From: Candidatus Marinacidobacterales bacterium
GTDB taxonomy: Bacteria > Acidobacteriota > Vicinamibacteria > Marinacidobacterales > SMYC01
Direction: 5' to 3'
NCBI GenBank assembly: GCA_965224085.1
Contig: CBDCYI010000005.1
Coordinates: forward strand, 1,344,001-1,408,000
Length of the DNA: 64,000 nt
A model generated the notes under the pieces. The model was not told where the DNA came from. It was given only the letters and a program-made list of their open reading frames with translations, and made no database searches. The number at the start of each line of letters is the position of its first letter. The stretch's first letter is position 1. Shown here piece after piece: positions 1-9,414 of the stretch. The position numbers and the translations under genes were made by a program.

Positions 1-421
1 TGAAACATCCCAAACGTCCGATGGCGTGGCCGAGCGCCACGGACGGTGCGAGGATATCGGTCATGCGCCAAACGGGCAGCTTGTGCTTCCTGAAGAACCA
101 AAGTGACGTGATCACCGCGGCGACGAGGCCGCCATAGAACACGCCGCCCGATCGGATGAGACTGAGAGGGTCGTGTCGATAGTGTGGCCAGTCGACGATC
201 AGCAACAGGAGCTTCGCTCCAACGAGCGCGGAAATGAGGATCCAAAGTCCGAGGTCCATCGTCAGATTCGCGTCGACCCCGAATTTCTTACCGCGCCTTG
301 CCGCGACGTTCAAAGCGATGAGAAAACCTGCGGCGAGCAGGAATCCATAGGTATGCAATACGGCGTCGAACTCGATGCCGAGGAAGCCGACCTGTCCGAA
401 ATCGAAAAGTTTGGGATACAA
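1..421 (-). CDS. lgt: Prolipoprotein diacylglyceryl transferase (runs off the window edge)
   Basis: Manual translation from TTG at 421: MYPKLFDFG...HTYG...GAKL...RSGGVFYGG...WRMTDILAPSVALGHAIGRLGCF, which are Lgt motifs; directly downstream of lspA. Confidence 0.93.
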   Translation of the reverse strand, partial: MYPKLFDFGQVGFLGIEFDAVLHTYGFLLAAGFLIALNVAARRGKKFGVDANLTMDLGLWILISALVGAKLLLLIVDWPHYRHDPLSLIRSGGVFYGGLVAAVITSLWFFRKHKLPVWRMTDILAPSVALGHAIGRLGCF

Positions 422-424
422 AGC

Positions 425-991
425 CTAGTCGTCTCCTCGGCTCGCGGCCGCCGCAGCTTCGGCTTTGGGAGCCAAACCGGGTCTTGGCGCCTTTCGAAAG
501 CTGTCGAGTAGCAAGAGCCCCACGCCGATGCAGATACAGCTATCGGCGACATTGAAAGCCGGCCAATGCGTCCCGCCGTAGAAAACGTCGACGAAGTCCA
601 CAACATAGCCGAGACGCACGCGATCGACGATGTTACCGACAGCCCCGCCGAGAATGAAAATCAACCCGTAGCGGGTGAGGCGTTCGTGCTGCGCGGATCG
701 GAGGGCGTAGTAAGTCACCGCGACCATCGCGGCGGTCGAAAGAAACGTGACCAGAACCGCTTTGAAGGGAATGTCTGAGCCCGACAAAAGGCCAAAGGCC
801 ATGCCCGTATTGCGGACAAGCGTCAAGTGAAAAAAACCCGCCACGACGGGCACGGATTGCCCGAGTGATAAAGAGCTCGTGACCCAGAACTTGGTGACTT
901 GATCGAGGGCAACGATGCTCACCACAAACGCCACAATCGTTGCCAAGTTGGTTTTCCAGTGGGCGGTGCCCGTTAGGTCTTGTTCCGTCAT
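425..991 (-). CDS. lspA: Lipoprotein signal peptidase II
   Basis: DQVTK, RNTGMAFG, GGAVGNIVDR, VVDF and PAFNVAD motifs. Confidence 0.97.
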   Translation of the reverse strand: MTEQDLTGTAHWKTNLATIVAFVVSIVALDQVTKFWVTSSLSLGQSVPVVAGFFHLTLVRNTGMAFGLLSGSDIPFKAVLVTFLSTAAMVAVTYYALRSAQHERLTRYGLIFILGGAVGNIVDRVRLGYVVDFVDVFYGGTHWPAFNVADSCICIGVGLLLLDSFRKAPRPGLAPKAEAAAAASRGDD

Positions 992-1247
992 CGTCTTGCT
1001 CGAACCAGACTAGCACTCCGCTCCAGGCTTTTACAATATTTGCCCTGTCTTCGTCGTTCGCCCGCGTCCCCTATGTTATTGCCGATACTTGGGTTATTGC
1101 ATCGGATTCGCCTTTCACGGCATGCCGATGGTAGAATAGTCGCGTTGTCGGGACCCGACTCGGCATCGATGCAACTGGCGCGATGCAAGCTCGAGTACGT
1201 TGCCCCTTCATGAGCACCTTCCGTCGTAGATATTTCGCGAAGCGTTC

Positions 1248-3248
1248 ATGTCCGAAGAAGCCTCGATTCTCATCGTTGACGACGATGCTGAAGATCTCGC
1301 TTCGCTCACGCGAGCTCTAGAAGCTCTCGTTGCGACGATCCACAGCGTGCGCGACCCGCATGAAGTGCTCGAGGCGACCCATCGCGAGAATCCCGATGTC
1401 GTGATCCTGGACGCTCTTTTGCCCGGGTTGTCCGGCTTCGATCTGTGCAAGCAAATCAAGTCCGATACTGCGCTTAAAGGGATCCAAGTCGTCGTGATCA
1501 CGGGCGTCTACTTGAGGCAGCAATATCGGCAGGAGGCGCTGCAACAATTCAAAGCCGACGGGTTCATGACCAAACCTTATAAGCCGCCCGAGCTTCAGCG
1601 TCTCGTTGCGCAGCTTCTCGCGAAAAAGACACGAAGGCCTCAAAAAAGTTTTCTCCGCCGTTCGGGCCTGGCGGCGTCTCCCCCCGAGGCCAAAAAGCGT
1701 GGTTTCTGGGACCGGCTATTCGGAAGTACCGAACCGGAGGAGGCGGATACACGCATTGCACCCGTCGCAAGCCCGCCTCTAGCCGCACCGATGGCATCGG
1801 CACCGAAACCGGATCCGGGACCATCGCACGTGGCTCTGGTAGAAACGCCGGCCGTCACGAAGCTCGACGAGCCCGAGCCTGTCGCTGAGATCGAGAGCCC
1901 GAAGAGTGCGTCGGCTCCTTTAGGCTCGCGCACGGCCACCGAGCCCGAATCGAAGCCAGATGCGGTTGTCGAAAGCGCCGGGACGATCGCGGTATCGCCA
2001 GACGCACCGATCCAGAAATCCGAAGAGCCTGCGATCACGACCGAGAGCTCGTCCGCCGACTCCAAGCCCATCGCTACGGTTGACGAAGTGCCCGACGCCG
2101 ACGAGGCCCGCGCTATCGCCGCGGAGCCCGTGGCCGAAGCGGCGAGTGTCGAAGTCGAGGAAGCGGCGAGCGTCGTCGACAAGTCCTCGGCGGAGCCAGA
2201 GTCGGCCGCTCCCGCCGTTTCTGAAAAGCCGAGCGCTGCGGACACGAAACCCGTCTCCGAAGCGGCCGAGGAGGACCAAGAAAGAGTCGAGCCGTCGCAA
2301 GCCGACGACGCCGCGCCAGCCAAGCCGACGACCGCGCCAGCCGCGCCAGCGGAGCTAGCCGCGCCAGCCAAGCCAACGGCGCCAGCCGCGCCAGCCAAGT
2401 CAGCGGAGCCAGCCACGTCAGCCAAGTCAGCGGAGCCAGCCGCGTCAGCCAAGCCAGCCAAGCCAGCCGCGCCGACCGTGCCAGCCGCCCCCGCCAAGCG
2501 AACGAAGCCAGCGGAGGCGGCCGCGTCGGCTGGGCCCGTGGCGCCGACCGCGCCAGCTGAGCGAGTTGCGTCTGCCTCAACGTCAGAAGCATCGAAAAAG
2601 GAAGGCGACGAGGCCCCAACGGAGAAAGAGACGCGCGATGCGCCGGCCGGGATGCTCGATCGCGCTCCGCCGGCCGAAGCAGCCCGGGAAGACAAGGAAG
2701 TTCAAAGGACGGCCGAGCCTGCGTCTAGCGCGGCTCTTGAGACGCAGGCGCTGCCCGAGAAGCCCGCGCCCCAGCTGCGGAAGCCGAGATTCCGGGTTAG
2801 GGACGTCCCCATTTACGGCGAGCAGGACTTTCACGCCGAGTTGAAACGCGAGATTTCGAAATGCCGGCGCGTCGATCGGCCGTTGACCCTCATCCTCGTT
2901 CAGGTGGACGACTTGGGCCAGATTGTGGAGCTGTTCGGCAAAGAAGCTCGTGAAGGCGTGCTGTTGCACGTCGCGGAGCTTGCAACGTGGTGTGTTCGCG
3001 AAATCGACGCCGTGGGTATGATGTCGTCGAAAGACCTGGTCGCCCTCATCGCGTTCGCGTCAGACAAGTATGGCGGAAGCCGCGTCGTGGATCGGATGCG
3101 AAAGACCGTGCAGAAGAATCCCTTTCGCGTCGGCGAGGAGCTCCCCCCGATCATGCCCGCGCTTCGGTTTGGGATGTCGAGTTATCCCGACGATGGTGAG
3201 GATGTCGCCGGGCTCGTCGCGGAAGCCTACGAGGACATCGAAGACTAG
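1248..3248 (+). CDS. Response regulator: receiver domain, long Ala/Pro/Glu/Lys-rich linker, degenerate GGDEF-like domain
   Basis: N-terminal ILIVDDD, VILD, VITG and TKP; C-terminal ELKREISKCRR..RPLTLILVQVDD..FG and FGMSSYPDDG match the GGDEF fold, but the signature reads MSSKD. Confidence 0.85.
   Translation: MSEEASILIVDDDAEDLASLTRALEALVATIHSVRDPHEVLEATHRENPDVVILDALLPGLSGFDLCKQIKSDTALKGIQVVVITGVYLRQQYRQEALQQFKADGFMTKPYKPPELQRLVAQLLAKKTRRPQKSFLRRSGLAASPPEAKKRGFWDRLFGSTEPEEADTRIAPVASPPLAAPMASAPKPDPGPSHVALVETPAVTKLDEPEPVAEIESPKSASAPLGSRTATEPESKPDAVVESAGTIAVSPDAPIQKSEEPAITTESSSADSKPIATVDEVPDADEARAIAAEPVAEAASVEVEEAASVVDKSSAEPESAAPAVSEKPSAADTKPVSEAAEEDQERVEPSQADDAAPAKPTTAPAAPAELAAPAKPTAPAAPAKSAEPATSAKSAEPAASAKPAKPAAPTVPAAPAKRTKPAEAAASAGPVAPTAPAERVASASTSEASKKEGDEAPTEKETRDAPAGMLDRAPPAEAAREDKEVQRTAEPASSAALETQALPEKPAPQLRKPRFRVRDVPIYGEQDFHAELKREISKCRRVDRPLTLILVQVDDLGQIVELFGKEAREGVLLHVAELATWCVREIDAVGMMSSKDLVALIAFASDKYGGSRVVDRMRKTVQKNPFRVGEELPPIMPALRFGMSSYPDDGEDVAGLVAEAYEDIED
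2310..2560 (+). repeat. Degenerate in-frame 9-bp/27-bp tandem repeat encoding PAA/PAK/SAE tripeptides
   Basis: Repeated ccagccgcg and ccagccaag units; near-identical 27-mers cagccaagtcagcggagccagcc(a/g)cgt at about 2392-2445. Confidence 0.85.
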
Positions 3249-3289
3249 TCCCCTGTGGGTTCGTTGCCTAGAGCCTCGCCGCCTTAATA

Positions 3290-3318
3290 TTGACGCTTCC
3301 ACAAGCCGGCCGTATGAT
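3290..3318 (+). promoter_or_regulatory. sigma70-type promoter, probably giving a leaderless transcript
   Basis: TTGACG-17 bp-TATGAT followed 7 nt later by an in-frame GTG at 3326. Confidence 0.7.
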
Positions 3319-3325
3319 GCGCCGC

Positions 3326-4153
3326 GTGAGCGTTGCAATCAGAGGCCTCGAGACGTTTTCGGAATACGAGGCTTGTGCCCAACTTCAGCTCGACGTGTGG
3401 GGTTTCGCCGAAATCGACGTTGTCCCGGCGGGCCACCTCGTCGCCATGGATCACTATGGGGGCGTGTGCCTCGGTGCCTTCGACGGCAACAAGATGGTTG
3501 GTTTCGTCTGCGGTTTTGCCGGTTGGGACCACGGCCGTTCGTACCATCATTCGCACATGCTCGCTGTATTACGCGATTATCGCGGTCAACGACTTGGTGA
3601 GAAGCTCAAATGGGCGCAGCGGGAGCACGTGCTGGAGCAAGGCCTCGATGTCGTCAATTGGACGTTCGATCCCCTACAAGCGCCGAACGCGAATTTAAAC
3701 CTCAATCGTCTCGGCAGCGTTGTCCGCAAGTACAAAGTGAATCTTTACGGTGTGAGCGACAGCCCTCTTCATGGCGGTATCCCGACCGACCGCTTCGAGG
3801 CGGAGTGGCACCTCGAGAGCCAGCGTGTCGTGAAGGCACTCCGTCAGGAATGGGAGGAGTGGCCTGGCTGGGAAGAATTGCCGCGGGCCAACCGAACCAG
3901 CGTCAGCGATGAAGGCCTTCTGCGTTGCGACGAGGTCGACCTCGAGGTGGACGTCGAGGCTTTTGTCATAGAGTTCCCGAAGGCGATCACCGAGCTCATG
4001 GCGCGGAATCGGAAGCTAGCGCTCGATTGGCGTTTCCAGACACGCAAGCTCTTTCGGGAATATTTCGGGAAAGGCTATCGCGTCGAAGGCTTGCACCGCA
4101 CGGGCTCGAGCGCGTTTTACCGGCTCACCCGCGAACAAGACGCCGCTGGCTAA
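3326..4153 (+). CDS. GNAT-superfamily acyltransferase (COG3375-like)
   Basis: HHSHMLAV..YRGQRLGEKLK, WTFDPLQAPNA.LN..RLG and PTDRF.AEW motifs. Confidence 0.85.
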   Translation: MSVAIRGLETFSEYEACAQLQLDVWGFAEIDVVPAGHLVAMDHYGGVCLGAFDGNKMVGFVCGFAGWDHGRSYHHSHMLAVLRDYRGQRLGEKLKWAQREHVLEQGLDVVNWTFDPLQAPNANLNLNRLGSVVRKYKVNLYGVSDSPLHGGIPTDRFEAEWHLESQRVVKALRQEWEEWPGWEELPRANRTSVSDEGLLRCDEVDLEVDVEAFVIEFPKAITELMARNRKLALDWRFQTRKLFREYFGKGYRVEGLHRTGSSAFYRLTREQDAAG

Positions 4154-4212
4154 ATGGCTTAGCCGTCGATATCGATCTTGAGATCGACGTTCTGGCCAAT
4201 CGTTTTGGGTCT

Positions 4213-4989
4213 TCACTTCCCGACCCAGCAAGGCTTCCGCTTCTCGAGAAAAGCCGACATGCCCTCCTGGGCGTCGAGCGCCATGGCGTTCATGCTCATG
4301 ACTTCTTTGGCGTAGTCGTAGGCTTTGTTCTGTTCGAGATCGATTTGTGTATAGAACGCTTGCTTGCCGAGCGAGATGACGAGCGAGCTTGCGTCAGCGA
4401 CTTTTTGTGCGAGCCGCTCCGTTTCCTCCCGCAGCTTCTCCTTGGGAACGACGCGATTGATGAGACCCCAATCGGCCGCGGTCTCGGCGTCCACGAAGGT
4501 TCCCGTCAAAAGCATCTCCATAGCGCGCTTGCGGCCCACAGTCCGGGAAAGAGCCACCATGGGCGTCGTGCAAAAGAGTCCGATCTTGACGCCAGGAGTC
4601 GCGAAGCGGGCCCCCTCGGCCGCGACGGCGAGATCGCACGTTGCGACGAGTTGGCAGCCGGCGGCCGTCGCGATACCCGGCACTTCGGCGATGACGGGCT
4701 GCGAGATGCCCTGCACCGTCTCCATCATCTCGATACAGGTGTCGAAGACGAAGCGCTGATGGTTGAGATCCTTGTCGACCATGTCAGCGAGAAAATGCCC
4801 CGCCGAAAAAGCCGTTCCTTCAGCACCAAGAATAACCGCGCGCACGTCCGGGCTCCCCGCCAAGGCTTTGAGGCCGTGAGTCACTTCTTCCATCATCTGG
4901 ATGGAGAGCGCGTTACGTTTCTCCGGCCAACTCAGAGTCAATCGAGCTACCGGTTCCGTCTCTTCGATTCGAATCCGTTCGTAGGACAA
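4213..4989 (-). CDS. Enoyl-CoA hydratase/crotonase family protein (ECHDC3-like)
   Basis: FSAGH, ATAAGCQLVATCDLA, FATPGVKIGLFCTTP and EGMSAFLEKR. Confidence 0.93.
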   Translation of the reverse strand: MSYERIRIEETEPVARLTLSWPEKRNALSIQMMEEVTHGLKALAGSPDVRAVILGAEGTAFSAGHFLADMVDKDLNHQRFVFDTCIEMMETVQGISQPVIAEVPGIATAAGCQLVATCDLAVAAEGARFATPGVKIGLFCTTPMVALSRTVGRKRAMEMLLTGTFVDAETAADWGLINRVVPKEKLREETERLAQKVADASSLVISLGKQAFYTQIDLEQNKAYDYAKEVMSMNAMALDAQEGMSAFLEKRKPCWVGK

Positions 4990-5002
4990 AGTCCACTCCT
5001 TT

Positions 5003-6478
5003 TCAATTCGTAAGGAACTTCTTCCAGACCTCCTCCGGCGAAGGAGGCGTGAGCAAGCTCACGATCACTAGGCTCAATATCGAGGCCGTCGCGGCTGGAT
5101 AAATAATGTAGTCGTAGTCGAGCGGCAGTAGGAAGAATCCGAGATTCAAATGTGCCATCCCGCCGCTCACGAGAAAGCCGAAGGTGATCGTAGTCACGAC
5201 GCCCGCCGCGATCGACGCGACGCCTCCGGCCGGCGTCACGCGCTTCCACAAGAAGGCGGCCAGAAGTGCCGGCGTTACCGCGGCGCCCACCATCGTGTAA
5301 GCGTAGAGCGCCATATCGAGGATGCTCTCGAAGCGCGTCGTGACCACGAAGGCCACAAGGGCGAGGGCGACGATGCAAATGCGCTGGAACAGGATGATGC
5401 CTTTTTCGCTGACGTCGGGGTTGATGAAGCGCTGGTAGATGTCGCGCGCAAAGTTGGTCGAGGGCACCATCAAGAAAGTCGTCGCTGTCGAGAAAACGAT
5501 GGCGACCGCCCCCGCGAGCAAGAGACTGCCGGCGATGAGCGGCAAGTTGTGCCGCGCGAGCACGAGCAGGATGGTCTCCGTCGCGCGCGTGTTGAAACTG
5601 CCATCGGCGGCGACGAAAGCCGGGTCGGTCCAATAGCTGCCGGCAGCGAAGATCGCCGTCATATCGATCAGCGTTTCTACGAAAATGACGCCGAGGATCA
5701 TGCCGATGACGGCTTTGCGCGCCGCGTTTTCGTCGCGCGCGGCGAAAAACTTCTGATACATGCTGCTCTCGCCGAGCAGCAAGAACAGCGTCGGCAGGAA
5801 GAGTCCAATCGCCGAGGAGATTCCCAAGCGTCCTGTGATGGTGAAGTGTGTCGCCGGAAGCGTCTCGGTGAGCGTCGACCAACCGCCGGCGCCCGCGAGC
5901 GCCATAGGCGCGGCGACAGCGATGCTGACGATGATGATTATCCCGTTGAAGACATCGAGAGAGATGATCGAGAGCATCCCGGCGGTTACCGTGAACAAGA
6001 TAACGAGAGCGCAAATGATCGCTTTGCCGGTATCGGGATCGACGGCAGGGTAGAGGATGTTCAAAAGACGGCCGCCACCGATGAATTGGTAGCCGGCGAT
6101 CGTTAGATAGGCGATGACGATGGCGAGGGTGCCAAGGATTCGCGCTGACGGGTGGTACCGGGTCTCGAGAATGTCAGGCACCGTATATTGCGCAATCCTC
6201 CGTACCCGACCTGCGAGAAAATAAACGATCGCGATCCCGACCCACGCCCCCGCGCTCATCCAAAGAGCGGAGAATCCTTCGCGGAAACCTCGGCCGGCGC
6301 CAGCGAATAGGCTTCCCGATCCGATCCAAGTGCAAACGAGCGTCCCGACGAGCATGTACCAGGGGGCGCTTCGTCCCGCCACCATGAAGTCGTCCTGTGT
6401 CTTCACCTGCCGTGAGCGGTACAGGCTGACCCCGACGAGCAGGGCCAAGTAGACAACGACGACGACAACGTAAGTCAT
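5003..6478 (-). CDS. Sodium:solute symporter (SSS) family transporter
   Basis: DDFMVAGR, TWIGSG, TVPDILETRY, YQKFFAAR and many hydrophobic segments. Confidence 0.93.
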   Translation of the reverse strand: MTYVVVVVVYLALLVGVSLYRSRQVKTQDDFMVAGRSAPWYMLVGTLVCTWIGSGSLFAGAGRGFREGFSALWMSAGAWVGIAIVYFLAGRVRRIAQYTVPDILETRYHPSARILGTLAIVIAYLTIAGYQFIGGGRLLNILYPAVDPDTGKAIICALVILFTVTAGMLSIISLDVFNGIIIIVSIAVAAPMALAGAGGWSTLTETLPATHFTITGRLGISSAIGLFLPTLFLLLGESSMYQKFFAARDENAARKAVIGMILGVIFVETLIDMTAIFAAGSYWTDPAFVAADGSFNTRATETILLVLARHNLPLIAGSLLLAGAVAIVFSTATTFLMVPSTNFARDIYQRFINPDVSEKGIILFQRICIVALALVAFVVTTRFESILDMALYAYTMVGAAVTPALLAAFLWKRVTPAGGVASIAAGVVTTITFGFLVSGGMAHLNLGFFLLPLDYDYIIYPAATASILSLVIVSLLTPPSPEEVWKKFLTN

Positions 6479-6484
6479 CGCGAG

Positions 6485-6490
6485 ATTCTA
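6485..6490 (-). promoter_or_regulatory. -10 box of a probable leaderless promoter
   Basis: TAGAAT 6 nt upstream of the symporter ATG; no Shine-Dalgarno sequence in between. Confidence 0.55.
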
Positions 6491-6513
6491 TCGCATACGC
6501 CAAACTCTGAGGA

Positions 6514-7521
6514 CTAGCCCGCCGCGTTCAGCTCGCTATGTAAGCGCTGTTTCGTCGCGTCGTTCGCCCACGTCGAATCGATGGTTTGCCGTATGAGCGT
6601 CTTGACGTCGTCCAAGGTGAAGCTGAGCTCGTTTACGAGCGCGCGATATTCCTCGTCGAGTGAGTTGCCGAACAATTTGGGATCGTCGGTGTTCACGGAA
6701 ACGAGAAGACCCTCGTCGAAGAAGGCACGGATCGGGTGCTCCTTCAGCTTCGAGACGACGCCGGTACGGAGGTTGGAGAGAGGGCACATCTCGACGGGCA
6801 ATTGGTGCTCTCGAAGGTATTCCACGAGGGTGGCGTCTTCGCTCGCGCGGGTTCCGTGGCCGATGCGCTCGACGCGCAACGTGCGGATGGCGCCCCAAAC
6901 GCTTTCCGGTCCAGCGGCTTCGCCCGCATGGGCGGTCGTGCGCAAACCGATCTCTCGCGCCCTCTCGAAGACGTGCTCATACGGCTCGGGCGGATGGTCG
7001 TGCTCGCCGCCACCAATACCGACACCGATGATCGCGAGCTCCTCCGAAGCCGCGATCTCCTCGAGCCATCCCCTGCCTCGCTCGGGGCCGAAATCGCGGA
7101 TGAGATCGGCAATCAGGTGAATCTCGATCGCGTCACGGTGTGTGTCGAGTCCGACACGCACAGCTTCGGTGATGCGGGCGACATCGAGACCGTGGATCAT
7201 ATGGAAATCGCCGGGCGAGTGAAAAGCCTCGACATAGCGGATGTTTTGAGCCGCCAAGTCGGCGGCCACCGCCGAAGCGATGAAAGTGAAATCGTCATAT
7301 TCCCGAATGAAGCCGTTTTTCCACATCCACGTCGAGAGGAAGTGAGCGAAGTCGCGATAGCGGAACTTCTCTTCAAGTGCTTTGATGGTGGGCACCTCGC
7401 TCGTGCCGTCATATTTCTGCACCAGCTCCCAGAGTGCCGGGAGCGGGATGGCGCCTTCGAGATGAAGGTGGATTTCCACCTTGGGGAGGCGACGGATGAT
7501 CGCGGCCTCGTCTGGCGTCAA
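6514..7521 (-). CDS. add: Adenosine/adenine deaminase
   Basis: LPKVEIHLHLEG, TAHAGE, RIGHG, EMCPLSN and VNTDDP. Confidence 0.93.
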   Translation of the reverse strand: MTPDEAAIIRRLPKVEIHLHLEGAIPLPALWELVQKYDGTSEVPTIKALEEKFRYRDFAHFLSTWMWKNGFIREYDDFTFIASAVAADLAAQNIRYVEAFHSPGDFHMIHGLDVARITEAVRVGLDTHRDAIEIHLIADLIRDFGPERGRGWLEEIAASEELAIIGVGIGGGEHDHPPEPYEHVFERAREIGLRTTAHAGEAAGPESVWGAIRTLRVERIGHGTRASEDATLVEYLREHQLPVEMCPLSNLRTGVVSKLKEHPIRAFFDEGLLVSVNTDDPKLFGNSLDEEYRALVNELSFTLDDVKTLIRQTIDSTWANDATKQRLHSELNAAG

Positions 7522-8660
7522 AGGTTTTTCCGGGGATCGAAACCGGCCGTGCTCGGCTCGGGCTCTTCGTCCGCAGGCGTGAAATCCTCACCGGGATTGA
7601 TGAACCGGTTCATCTCGACCCGGTATTGGCGGTCGTAGAGCTCTCGGTACCGCCCGCCCTTTTTGAGGAGCGCTTCGTGATGGCCCCTTTCGACGATTTC
7701 CCCGTCCTCGATGACGAGGATCTGCTCGGAGCTTATGATCGTCGACAGGCGGTGCGCGATGACGAAAGTGGTCCGGCCGGTGCGCAGCGAGCGCAGACCG
7801 TCTTGAATCATCGACTCGCTCTCGCTATCGAGGCTCGAGGTCGCCTCATCGAGGATCAAAATCTTGGGATCGGCTAGAATCGCGCGCGCGATCGCGATGC
7901 GCTGGCGTTGGCCCCCGCTCAATTTGACGCCGCGCTCACCGACCACGGTGTCGTAGCCGTTGTCGAAGCCCGTGATGAACTCGTCGCAATGAGCGATGCG
8001 GCTCGCGTCTCGCATGTCTTGCTCGGAAGCGTCCGGACGCGAATAAACGATGTTGTCGGAAACGGTGCCGTCGAAGAGAAAGTTGTCCTGCAGCACCACG
8101 CCGAGATGTGAGCGGTAGTCGCCGAGTCGTATTTTGACTTGGTCTTTGCCGTCGATCAGCACCCGCCCCGACTCAGGTTGATTGAAGGCCAGGACGAGGC
8201 TCGCAAGCGTGCTCTTGCCGGAGCCGCTCGAGCCGACGAGCGCCGTCGTCGTTCCCGCAGGCGCCTCGAACGAAATGTGCTTCAAGACGGGAGCACCCTC
8301 CGTGTAAGCGAACGACACGTCCTCGAAGGCGATGTGGCCAACGACTATGGGCAGAGGCACACGGGCTTCGTCTTGGTCGAGCTCCGTCGAGCGGGAGCGG
8401 ATCTCCCGAATACGGTCGAGCCCCGCGAAAGCTTCGCTGAGCTGCGTGGAAATCGACGATATCTGCACGAGCGGCGCCGCGACCAGCCCGGTGAAGAAGA
8501 TATACATGACGAAATCGCCCAAAGTCATCGCGCCTGAAAGGATCGACTGGCCTCCGACGAGGATCATCAAGACTCCGACTGTGCCGAAGATGATCGTGGA
8601 CCCCGCAGAGACACCGGCCATGGCCGTCACCGCTTTTTTGACGTTTTCGAAGAGCGCGTC
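7518..8660 (-). pseudogene. 5'-truncated ABC exporter (MsbA-like; end of the membrane domain plus ATPase domain)
   Basis: GSSGSGKST, LSGGQRQR, ILILDEATS and AHRLS are intact, but only the last two helices of the membrane domain are present; similarity stops near 8655. Confidence 0.85.
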
Positions 8661-8800
8661 CAGGGGTGGGGTCGAACGCGCTCGAGCAAGCACCCAACGG
8701 GGTCGATTGGCTCGTCACGCTCCGAGACACCACGACGGACTTGAGCCGCGTTATCCGTGTGAGCCCAGGTGGGCGGGTGCAGCTGGAAGACGAGTTGTGA
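8660..8800 (+). pseudogene. 3' fragment of a FimT/GspH-like minor pilin gene
   Basis: Manual translation ..PNGVDWLVTLRDTTTDLSRVIRVSPGGRVQLEDEL* ending 11 bp before pilV; no start or prepilin leader present. Confidence 0.6.
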
Positions 8801-8811
8801 GGGGGCCAGGC

Positions 8812-9343
8812 ATGCCAGACATAATTGACAGAAGAAGCGAAACGAAGAGAAGAGAAAGCGGCTTCACGCTCATCGAGGTCCTCATGTCTATCGTCATTTT
8901 GAGCGTTGGGCTCTTGTCGCTGGCCCAGATGATGGTCTTGGCGACGCGATCGAACTCGCTCGCGGGTCGCATGACCTCGTCGGCAGCCCTCGCGCGTGAG
9001 CAGCTCGAACGATTGAAGGCCGCGCCTTTTTATTCCATCGCGCGTTGGGCCTTTTTATTCCAATCCGGCGTTACGAGCGCGCAACCCGGTGCTTCAGGAC
9101 GGGGGAGACGTCGAGGCGGGCGGCGGCGCCTACGTCCAGTTTTTCGATGAGAGGGGGCAGCCCGTGGCCGGAAACGGGTTCTATGAAGTCCGCTGGGAGA
9201 TCAGAAGCGTGTTCTCACCGGGGCTTCCTCTCGAAATGGTGGAGATCCGTGTGCGCTGCCTTCCGGCAGCGAGCATGAGCTCTCAGTTCGCGGTCATTGG
9301 GGATGCGCGGTTCACGACTTATCGAAGCGCGAGCGTTGGCTAA
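8812..9343 (+). pseudogene. pilV: PilV-like minor pilin, frameshifted by a 25-bp insertion
   Basis: Prepilin site ESG/FTLIEVL; removing 9038-9062 restores KAAPFYSNPALRARNPVLQDGG.. into the 9089-9343 ORF. Confidence 0.82.
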
Positions 9344-9414
9344 CCGTGGGCGCGCTTTGTGCCCGCGGCATTCGCGTTGTTTATTGAGACGATTCATAAC
9401 GAGGAGCAACACTG

